NCBI GenBank assembly: GCA_017443595.1
Contig: JAFSYU010000033.1
Span: 201,414 to 265,413, forward strand
Length of the DNA stretch: 64,000 nucleotides
Source: Clostridia bacterium
Lineage (GTDB): Bacteria > Bacillota > Clostridia > Oscillospirales > CAG-272
Reading direction: 5' to 3'
Shown here piece by piece: positions 9,246-15,646 of the stretch (its first letter is position 1; every line of letters starts with the position of its first letter). The notes below the pieces were generated by a model. It did no database searches, was not told the origin of the DNA, and was given only the letters and a program-made list of their open reading frames with translations. Position numbers and translations under genes: made by a program.

Positions 9246-9319
9246 TGGAGACGAGGGGGCTCGAACCCTTGACCTCTCGGATGTGAACCGAACGCTCTGA
9301 CCAACTGAGCTACGCCTCC
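9246..9319 (-). tRNA. tRNA-Val (anticodon CAC), CCA not encoded
   Basis: Hand-folded cloverleaf of 74 nt. Acceptor GGAGGCG/CGTCTCC, D-stem GCTC/GAGC, anticodon stem TTCGG/CCGAG with loop TTCACAT, T-arm AAGGG-TTCGAGC-CCCCT, discriminator A. Confidence 0.9.
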
Positions 9320-9331
9320 GAGTGCCCTTAT

Positions 9332-9359
9332 ATTTTACCACAATATTTTTATTTGTCAA
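9332..9359 (-). promoter_or_regulatory. Promoter candidate for tRNA-Val
   Basis: On the minus strand: TTGACA, 16 nt, then an extended -10 TGgTAAAAT. It ends about 12 nt upstream of the tRNA 5' end. Confidence 0.55.
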
Positions 9360-9531
9360 GTCTTTTTATGTTATTTTTATTCCGACTTTTAGGCAAAGGC
9401 GAATTGAAAAATTCATAATTATATGTTATATTTATATTAATATATTTCGCGTGTTTATTTTTACGCTCTTTCACCTGCCTTTGCACGCGAAAGAGTTATT
9501 TTATTCTCAAAAAAACGGTAAGGGTAAAAAA

Positions 9532-12500
9532 ATGAAAAACACAACTTTAAGGATAATATCGGCAATACTGTGCGTTATGATGATATCGGCGCTTATGATA
9601 GGATCAAGCGCCGCGGCCGGCGCTGCCGGCGACGTAAACCGCGACGGTAAAGTCAATAACAAGGACGTTACCGTGCTTTTCCGTTATCTCAACGGATCCG
9701 GCGTATCCGTTGACAAAAAAGCGTGCGATACGGACGGAGACGGCGAAGAAAACAACAAAGACGCGGTAACGCTTTTCAGATATCTGAGCGGAGTGCCGGG
9801 AGCCGTGATATATTACGGAAAGGAAGAAGCTATGGAAAAAGAACTTTCTTCTGAAATAAAACTTGAAAACTACGACTTTTTGACTCAGGAAAGCAGTGAT
9901 ACGTATACGTATGACGGAACGCCCGGATCGTTTGGTCTTTACCTTACGGCAAAGAACAGCGGCGCGACCGTAACGCTGCCGGGCGGAGACGTATCCGGCG
10001 TTTATCCCGCCTTTTCCATGTCCGCTGATAAAACAACGGTATATAAATTCTATTTGAAATGTGCGATAACCGACCCGACGTACGGCTGGTTTACCTGCTA
10101 CTTCGGGTTAAGACTCGCAAATTCTCATGAGGATGCGACGAACAGCAACGGCGTGTGGATAGCTATGCGCAATTCCGAGATAGGTCTGCTTACGGAGTCA
10201 TGGCCGCAGACAAAATACGTAGCCGCGTCGTGCGATTTTTCAAAAGGCGTTCTTTTGACCGTAAAAGACGATCCGGCAAATAACAAGATCTACGTATACG
10301 CGGGAGAAAACGAGACTCAGATCGCCTCTATAAGTATCAGCGCAAATAACGTTGTACTTACAAATACGTCAAATAAAACGGTTTCTGTAACAACGTCAAA
10401 TAACGTTATAAAAGGCGGATACGCTCATATATGGGCGCATATACCTGATAACGACGTTATAGTAAAAGATCTTTCCGTAACAACGTCAAGAAGCACCGGC
10501 GTTGTTGATAACGACGGAATAAAAAACAATACGAGAGATATTTTCTCGGACACATGGGTCGCATATGACGACAACGGAAGAGAAATACTGACGTCACAAA
10601 CAAAACCCAACGGCACAAAAGTGGGAATGTTCTATTTTCTGTGGCACGAGGATAAATATAACAGATATCAGCTATACGATCACACCGCGTCGTATCTGAA
10701 CGGCGGTATCGACGCGCTCTGGAACACTATGACGAGCGGCTCTCTCGGCTTTGCTCATTACTGGGCCGAGCCGTATTTCGGCTACTATTCTTCGAACGAC
10801 GAGTGGGTCATAAGAAAGCACGGCGCTATGTTATCGGAAGCCGGAGTGGATTTCATTTTCTTTGACGCCACAAACGGACTTCTTTACAATAAAAACTACG
10901 AGGCGGTGCTCAGAGTCTGGGCGAAGATGCGCGGGGAAGGCTTGAAAACTCCGGACGTATGCTTTTTGATGCAGGAGAACAATACAAACGAGCTGTCTGA
11001 CCTGTGGTCAAATCTTTACAGCGTCGGTTTGTATGAGGACCTGTGGTTCAAATGGAACGGAAAGCCCGTCATAATGTTCACCGGCAGAAATAATACTCTG
11101 ACGGATGAACAAAACAATTTCTTCACCGTCAGATATTCCTGGGCAAACGAAAACGACGCGTGGTATACGAACAACAGCTATAATATAAACAACAGAGGCA
11201 TAAACTGCTGGGCGTGGGGCACTATGTATCCGCAAAAAGGCGGTTACGTAATGGTAAACGGCAAGAGAACGCTTGAGCAGATGGTCGTTATGTGCGGTTT
11301 CTGGGTAAACGGCAGCTACGGCACCAACGCCGGAAGAAGTTATACTTATAAGACCGGAGAACCGAAAACAAGCACGAACTGGGATATGGGGTACGCACTG
11401 TTCCCGGAGACGAGCGGCAAAGGACTTGCGTATCAGGAGCAGTTTGACTATGCTTTAAGAAAATCTCCGAAACTGATGATGATAACCGGCTGGAACGAAT
11501 GGTGGGCTGGCCGCTGGGAAGGCGGAGCCGCGGTAGGACAGAAGATCGCAAACGAGTATACCGTTTCATCCGACAGCAGCGTAAAAGAATACAATTACTA
11601 CGTTGATAACCTTAATCCCGAGTATTCACGCGACCTTGAGCCTATGAAGGACGGATTCAAGGATAATTACTATTACCAGACGGTAATGAACGTAAGAAAC
11701 TATAAAGGCACCCGCCGGACGGAAACTGCGTTTGGACAAAAGACGATAGATCTTGACGGATCCGTCGCTCAGTGGAATACCGTAGGACCGGAATACCGCG
11801 ACGTGTACGGCGATACCGCGGAAAGAAACCACAAGTCTTTCGTCGGTAAAATGACTTATAAAAACAGTACCGGAAGAAACGATATACTTACGGCTAAAGT
11901 GTCGCAGGACGGTACGTACCTGTATTTCTACGTTGAATGCGCGGAGGATATCACTAAACCGGACGGCGAAAACTGGATGAATTTATTTATCAAATCTGAT
12001 GATAACGACGATAACGGCTGGTACGGATTTGATTACGTGATAAACAGACAAAGAACCGATAACAGCACAAGCGTTATGCGTTTTGATAACGGATGGCAGT
12101 TTACCAAAGTCGGCGACGCGCAGTATTCGCTTGACGGGAAATCGCTGACCGTTAAAGTCAAGAAGAGCCTTATAAACTATAACGGTAAAACGCTTGATTT
12201 CAAATGGGCGGATAATTCCGTAAATGACGGCGATATAATGCAATTCCTTGATTTGGGCGACGCCGCGCCGGACGGACGCTTCTGCTACCGTTATACGACG
12301 GAACAGTCGCAGACCGTTATACCGGATTGCCTGACAAACGATATGGCCGTGTTTAAAGTTAACGGCTATAACGCGTTTATCAACGGCAGATCCGTACGTC
12401 TCAACGGCAATAACACAAAGGCGGTGCTCGTTGCATCCGGTTACGAATTCTATTTGCCGGTAAGCACGCTTGAATCTCTCGGTATAACCTGTACGGACGA

Positions 12501-12663
12501 GATAAAATACAACCATTACGGAGTACAGTACGTCAGAGCCGATCAGCTCATCAAAAACAGCGGCAAAGCCGTAACGATAACGCCGGACGGACTTCTTGTG
12601 ATCTCAAACAGCAAGATAACGGATACGGAAATACTTGACACGCTTTACAGATCGCTTTACTGA
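9532..12663 (+). CDS. Secreted multidomain protein. Domains in order: N-terminal type-I dockerin, unknown region, putative glycosidase domain (paralog of 2205-4184), beta-sandwich, and a C-terminal copper-amine-oxidase-N-like stalk domain.
   Basis: The start is placed at MKNTTLRIISAILCV (signal peptide). The ORF-track start at 9322 runs through an AT-rich promoter region. Dockerin repeats are GDVNRDGKVNNKDVTVLFRYLNG and DTDGDGEENNKDAVTLFRYLSG. Shared blocks with the paralog are VGMFYFLWHEDK, HYWAEPYFGYYSSNDEWVIRKHGAMLSEAGVDFIFFDATN and ITGWNEWWAGR. Confidence 0.75.
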   Translation: MKNTTLRIISAILCVMMISALMIGSSAAAGAAGDVNRDGKVNNKDVTVLFRYLNGSGVSVDKKACDTDGDGEENNKDAVTLFRYLSGVPGAVIYYGKEEAMEKELSSEIKLENYDFLTQESSDTYTYDGTPGSFGLYLTAKNSGATVTLPGGDVSGVYPAFSMSADKTTVYKFYLKCAITDPTYGWFTCYFGLRLANSHEDATNSNGVWIAMRNSEIGLLTESWPQTKYVAASCDFSKGVLLTVKDDPANNKIYVYAGENETQIASISISANNVVLTNTSNKTVSVTTSNNVIKGGYAHIWAHIPDNDVIVKDLSVTTSRSTGVVDNDGIKNNTRDIFSDTWVAYDDNGREILTSQTKPNGTKVGMFYFLWHEDKYNRYQLYDHTASYLNGGIDALWNTMTSGSLGFAHYWAEPYFGYYSSNDEWVIRKHGAMLSEAGVDFIFFDATNGLLYNKNYEAVLRVWAKMRGEGLKTPDVCFLMQENNTNELSDLWSNLYSVGLYEDLWFKWNGKPVIMFTGRNNTLTDEQNNFFTVRYSWANENDAWYTNNSYNINNRGINCWAWGTMYPQKGGYVMVNGKRTLEQMVVMCGFWVNGSYGTNAGRSYTYKTGEPKTSTNWDMGYALFPETSGKGLAYQEQFDYALRKSPKLMMITGWNEWWAGRWEGGAAVGQKIANEYTVSSDSSVKEYNYYVDNLNPEYSRDLEPMKDGFKDNYYYQTVMNVRNYKGTRRTETAFGQKTIDLDGSVAQWNTVGPEYRDVYGDTAERNHKSFVGKMTYKNSTGRNDILTAKVSQDGTYLYFYVECAEDITKPDGENWMNLFIKSDDNDDNGWYGFDYVINRQRTDNSTSVMRFDNGWQFTKVGDAQYSLDGKSLTVKVKKSLINYNGKTLDFKWADNSVNDGDIMQFLDLGDAAPDGRFCYRYTTEQSQTVIPDCLTNDMAVFKVNGYNAFINGRSVRLNGNNTKAVLVASGYEFYLPVSTLESLGITCTDEIKYNHYGVQYVRADQLIKNSGKAVTITPDGLLVISNSKITDTEILDTLYRSLY

Positions 12664-12777
12664 TAATAAATGTTTTTGTTATCAAAACCTTGATTTTTGG
12701 TAAAAAACGTATTATAATATAAATAAGCCGTTATTGCGGCGTTAACGATAGTCAAAATCATCAAAAGGAGATCATCT

Positions 12778-13668
12778 ATGAAAAATAAGACTGTGGGAAG
12801 GATCATAAAACTCGGTATATGCATCCTCGTACTCGGCATATCCGTTGCCGTAGGATTTATAACAAAGGCTTTTGATTTCAACAATATCAACATAAAGCTT
12901 GATTTTGCCTCAATATTGAAGGTTATCATCATGGCGGCGGGTATAATATCCGCGGAAGCTCTGCTTTCTATTTTGCTGACGCTTCCGAAACCTAAAAATC
13001 ACAGGGTACGTTCGGTACTGTCTATCACGGCAAGCTTGCTTAAATACGTTGCGTTTATAGTCATTTTATGCTGGGGCCTTGCCATACTCGGCGTTAATAT
13101 TTCAACTATCGTCGCAAGCGTGGGTATTCTTGCTTTGATCATAGGATTTTCTGCGGAAAGTCTTATTGCGGACGTCGTTACCGGCGCTTTCATGATATTT
13201 GAAAACCAGTACAACGTCGGCGATATAGTTGAAGTGGACGGTTTCCGCGGCACGGTAACGAGCATAGGCATACGCACTACCTGCATTACCGACCCCGGCG
13301 ACAACGTGAAAATAGTGAACAACTCCGCTATGAAAAATATCCTTAACCGTTCGGACAAGCTTTCAAGAAGCATAAGCGAGATAGCCGTACCGTACGCCAC
13401 CGACCTTGAAAAGCTTGAAAACGAGATACCCGCGCTTATGGACAGCATATATGAAAAACGCAAAGACGTTTTCAAATCCGCGCCAAAGTATTTGGGTGTG
13501 CAGGAGCTTGCCGAAAGCTCAGTCATACTTAAATTCGTCGTCAATGTTGATGAAAAGGATATCTATTCAGGCGCACGTCTGCTTAACAGAGATCTGCTGC
13601 TCGGCTTCAGGTCGCTCGGCGTAGAATGCCCGTTCCCGCAGGTCGACGTACATCAGGACAAAAAATGA
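12778..13668 (+). CDS. Mechanosensitive ion channel, MscS family
   Basis: Three N-terminal TM helices followed by the MscS beta-domain signature ADVVTGAFMIFENQYNVGDIVEVDGFRGTVTSIGIRTT. Confidence 0.85.
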   Translation: MKNKTVGRIIKLGICILVLGISVAVGFITKAFDFNNINIKLDFASILKVIIMAAGIISAEALLSILLTLPKPKNHRVRSVLSITASLLKYVAFIVILCWGLAILGVNISTIVASVGILALIIGFSAESLIADVVTGAFMIFENQYNVGDIVEVDGFRGTVTSIGIRTTCITDPGDNVKIVNNSAMKNILNRSDKLSRSISEIAVPYATDLEKLENEIPALMDSIYEKRKDVFKSAPKYLGVQELAESSVILKFVVNVDEKDIYSGARLLNRDLLLGFRSLGVECPFPQVDVHQDKK

Positions 13669-13702
13669 TCACATTGTCTGTCTGATGGGAGGTGACTTTT
13701 AG

Positions 13703-14902
13703 TTGCGCCGCAACAGAAAAGATGAATACGAATTTGATCCGCGCATGGAAACGACCGTTTATCACAGAGACGAATACAGCTACGCGGACGAATACAGGGA
13801 AACAGATCTTGAAGACGCAAGACCGCCGCTCATAAAAGAGACCGCTTTGGAATACGGCGGAAGCGTTTTGAGTATAAAAGAAGATACAGTCAAAAAAGGC
13901 TTTGATAAACGCAAGATAGTAAAAAGGTCTATGTTTGCGCTTACGTCAATGGTCGTAATGGCGTTGACAGTCGTGTTTGCTGCAAACAGCCTTGATCCGC
14001 TCGGAGCTGACTTTCTGGTCACGGGAAATCTCGCAGTTGCAACCCCCGTTACACCTACGACCCCGACGACTCCTACAACTCCTACAACTCCTACAACTCC
14101 GACAACCCCGACAACTCCGACAACGCCTACGACGCCTGCAACACCGACTACGCCTGCCGCATACACGGATTCTTTTCCGACTTTGCCTAATACTGATCCG
14201 GATTTCGCCGGAGCGTACGCATGGTCCGGTATGGGATCGGAGGAATACGTTTTCGTTGATTCACAGTATCTGCACGCAGGTACGATATATACGGACGGCG
14301 GCACGAGCATAGGCACTCTTACAGGCGCTTCGTACGATAAGACTACCAATACGCTCACGCTGAACAACTTCACCGGAGGAATGGTAGACGTCAATCTTAT
14401 GGGCAACGGATTCAAAATAGAGCTGATAGGCGAAAACTCGCTTGACAGCGTCAGGATCTGGGGCGCGTTGTACGGCGGAAGCGTAATATTCACCGGCAGC
14501 GGCAGTTTGAAGATAAATGAAAATCTGAATAATCCCACCGGGCTTATGCTTGAATGTGAGGACAGTACGTCCTGCATCATGATAGACAGGGAAGCAACGG
14601 TCGAAGTCTTCGGTCAGAAGGCGATAATAGTACACCGTACAATGCTTGAAAACGCAATAATCGCGCTGCAGCCGATAAAAGTCAGCGGCGGCGAGATATC
14701 AAACGGCGAGTTTGTTGAATATAACGTAAACGTCACAGATGAAAACGGCGTTCCCGTTAAGGATGAAAACGGAGAATACGTTAAAACGATCATGACCGTA
14801 AAAGATATAGGCGAAAGACAGGGCTTGGTCCTGTATGACTGCTCAGTAGTAGACTCAGACGGCAAACCGTCGGATCACGTTGTTTTCAAACCGGAAAAAT
14901 AA
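13703..14902 (+). CDS. Hypothetical single-pass membrane protein with a (Thr-Pro-Thr)n linker and an extracellular beta-rich domain
   Basis: The TTG start at 13703 is preceded by GGGAGGTG (13687-13694). It has a TM helix MFALTSMVVMALTVVFAA and a TPT repeat. I recognise no family. Confidence 0.6.
   Translation: MRRNRKDEYEFDPRMETTVYHRDEYSYADEYRETDLEDARPPLIKETALEYGGSVLSIKEDTVKKGFDKRKIVKRSMFALTSMVVMALTVVFAANSLDPLGADFLVTGNLAVATPVTPTTPTTPTTPTTPTTPTTPTTPTTPTTPATPTTPAAYTDSFPTLPNTDPDFAGAYAWSGMGSEEYVFVDSQYLHAGTIYTDGGTSIGTLTGASYDKTTNTLTLNNFTGGMVDVNLMGNGFKIELIGENSLDSVRIWGALYGGSVIFTGSGSLKINENLNNPTGLMLECEDSTSCIMIDREATVEVFGQKAIIVHRTMLENAIIALQPIKVSGGEISNGEFVEYNVNVTDENGVPVKDENGEYVKTIMTVKDIGERQGLVLYDCSVVDSDGKPSDHVVFKPEK
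14051..14158 (+). repeat. In-frame 9-bp repeat (ACN CCN ACN) encoding the (TPT)n linker
   Basis: About a dozen tandem 9-bp units were read directly. The repeat lies inside CDS 13703-14902. Confidence 0.9.
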
Positions 14903-14914
14903 GTATCATAAAAG

Positions 14915-15015
14915 AAAACAGTCCCACCGGACTGTTTTCTTAACGCTGCGTTCGATTCCCCCATATATAGCTGTTCATAATACAAAAGACGCCGCATGGC
15001 GTCTTTTGTATTATG
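14915..15015. repeat. Partial copy C of the tRNA-linked element (right-hand ~100 bp only, no tRNA attached)
   Basis: Near-identical to 15433-15532, with one 1-nt indel and one substitution. It includes hairpin 14915-14938, which also serves as the terminator of CDS 13703-14902. It also includes the sense T-arm copy GTTCGATTCCCCCA and a terminator hairpin. Confidence 0.85.
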
Positions 15016-15053
15016 TGCTTAACAAACGAAATAGCCCAAGCGAGAAAATGGCA

Positions 15054-15083
15054 TTAACTCAGGATCGAAAAAGCCGTTATAAT
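15054..15083 (+). promoter_or_regulatory. Weak promoter candidate that could drive plus-strand transcription of the hairpin array
   Basis: TTAACT (15054-15059), 18 nt, then TATAAT (15078-15083). The -35 is poor. Confidence 0.25.
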
Positions 15084-15127
15084 ATGATCGAGATTTATAC
15101 TTATTACACCGACAAAATAGTCCAAAA

Positions 15128-15306
15128 GTGAAATCTTTTGCCTTGCGGCAAAAGGTGAAATCAAAGGCATTCGCCTTTGGCGAAATCGAGCGTTTCACGC
15201 TCGGTGAAATTAAATCCACCCACCCGTCGTCGAGGCGGATTTCACCCTGCAAAGCAGGATTTCACCGACGGAGTCGATTTAACCCACCCGCAAGGGTGGA
15301 TTTAGT
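15128..15306. repeat. Array of eight 7-nt-motif + hairpin units, four on each strand and convergent
   Basis: Plus-strand motifs:
- GTGAAAT 15128 with hairpin 15135-15154.
- GTGAAAT 15155 with hairpin 15162-15179.
- GCGAAAT 15180 with hairpin 15187-15203.
- GTGAAAT 15204.

Minus-strand motifs:
- ACTAAAT (15306-15300) with hairpin 15284-15299.
- GTTAAAT (15283-15277) with hairpin 15266-15276.
- GTGAAAT (15265-15259) with hairpin 15246-15258.
- GTGAAAT (15245-15239) with hairpin 15224-15238.

A long-range pair TAAATCCACCC 15211-15221 / GGGTGGATTTA 15294-15304 is also possible. Confidence 0.75.
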
Positions 15307-15308
15307 TG

Positions 15309-15338
15309 AAAAATCCTCGTCTTGCGACGAGGATTTTT
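15309..15338. terminator. Strong bidirectional hairpin terminator
   Basis: A 13-bp stem aaaaatcctcgtc / gacgaggattttt with loop ttgc. The A-run and T-run flanks let it work on both strands. It sits immediately after the distal copy of the tRNA-Glu 3' end when read on the minus strand. Confidence 0.75.
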
Positions 15339-15339
15339 C

Positions 15340-15530
15340 TGGTGACCCGTGGGGGAATCGTTCTTGATTTTTGCAAGGCAATTTGTGCATACTTGTTCGT
15401 GCATGCCTTGCAAAAATCTGCGGTCACCGCTAAAAACAGTCCACCGGACTGTTTTCTTAACGCTGCGTTCGATTCCCCCATATATAGCTGTTCATAATAC
15501 AAAAGACGCCGTATGGCGTCTTTTGTATTA
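15340..15530. repeat. tRNA-linked hairpin-rich element, copy B (trailing tRNA-Glu)
   Basis: - A 21-bp direct repeat of the tRNA-Glu 3' end: 15340-15360 equals 15531-15551.
- A 10-bp terminal inverted repeat: gggggaatcg 15351-15360 / cgattccccc 15470-15479.
- Hairpins at 15366-15418 and 15433-15455.
- A terminator hairpin at 15497-15528. Confidence 0.85.
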
Positions 15531-15605
15531 TGGTGACCCGTGGGGGAATCGAACCCCCGTTTCCAGCGTGAGAGGCTAGCGTCTTGGCCGCTTGACCAAC
15601 GGGCC
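15531..15605 (-). tRNA. tRNA-Glu (anticodon CUC), CCA encoded
   Basis: Hand-folded cloverleaf of 75 nt. Acceptor GGCCCGT/ACGGGTC, anticodon stem CTAGC/GCTGG with loop CTCTCAC, T-arm GGGGG-TTCGATT-CCCCC, discriminator A plus CCA. The 5' half matches the typical Firmicutes tRNA-Glu pattern GGCCCGTTGGTCAAGCGG. Confidence 0.9.
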
Positions 15606-15617
15606 GATTGCTTATGC

Positions 15618-15646
15618 AGTATACCATATATAAGATGAAAAATCAA
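15618..15646 (-). promoter_or_regulatory. Promoter candidate for tRNA-Glu, overlapping the 3' end of the SpoVB-like gene
   Basis: On the minus strand: TTGATT (15646-15641), 17 nt, then TATACT (15623-15618). Confidence 0.5.

Noticed and set aside
9059-9286. ORFs running through the tRNA-linked elements (9059-9286, 15349-15579, 14880-15131). They translate to similar peptides (FARQF...CKxLRSxLKTxHRxVFLTL).
   Set aside because: They overlap tRNA genes and terminator hairpins and have no ribosome-binding sites. Their similarity follows from nucleotide conservation. The differences between copies are compensatory within hairpin stems, which points to selection on structure rather than on a protein.
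9322-9531. N-terminal extensions proposed by the ORF track: 982 for the ABC ATPase, 9322 for the dockerin protein, 36770 for hrcA, 62706 for prfB, 36552 for the zinc-ribbon protein, 28598 for ABC paralog 2, and 7186 for the LUD protein.
   Set aside because: In each case a downstream ATG has a proper Shine-Dalgarno sequence and yields the canonical N-terminus or signal peptide. The extensions run through AT-rich promoter sequence or predicted -10 boxes.
13780-14580. Long antisense ORFs opposite well-supported genes: 13780-14580, 16337-17068, 12999-13544, 11983-12516, 29490-30062, 49456-49962, 59112-59675 and 61051-61533.
   Set aside because: Each lies entirely inside a gene with clear family motifs on the other strand. 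The translations are low-complexity or lack any motif, as expected for frame shadows at this codon bias.
15048-15131. A 27-codon small ORF (MALTQDRKSRYNMIEIYTYYTDKIVQK) inside the non-coding island.
   Set aside because: It has no convincing Shine-Dalgarno sequence, it contains the candidate -10 box, and there is no evidence of conservation. It is retained only as a remote possibility.
15187-15304. Resemblance of parts of the hairpin array to parS (GTTTCAC-GTGAAAC) and to DnaA boxes (TTATCCACA against AAATCCACC).
   Set aside because: The parS-like halves TTTCAC and GTGAAA are separated by 5 extra bases. The DnaA-box matches are only 6 of 9. Neither fits the consensus well enough, and the genomic context (no dnaA, dnaN or parB) does not support an origin or centromere.
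9023-15642. Prophage, ICE or genomic island integrated at the two tRNA genes.
   Set aside because: No integrase, recombinase, transposase, phage or conjugation gene lies next to either tRNA. The genes between and around them are ordinary chromosomal functions (putative glycosidase, MscS, SpoVB-like). Only the ~190-bp non-coding elements carry tRNA-derived repeats.
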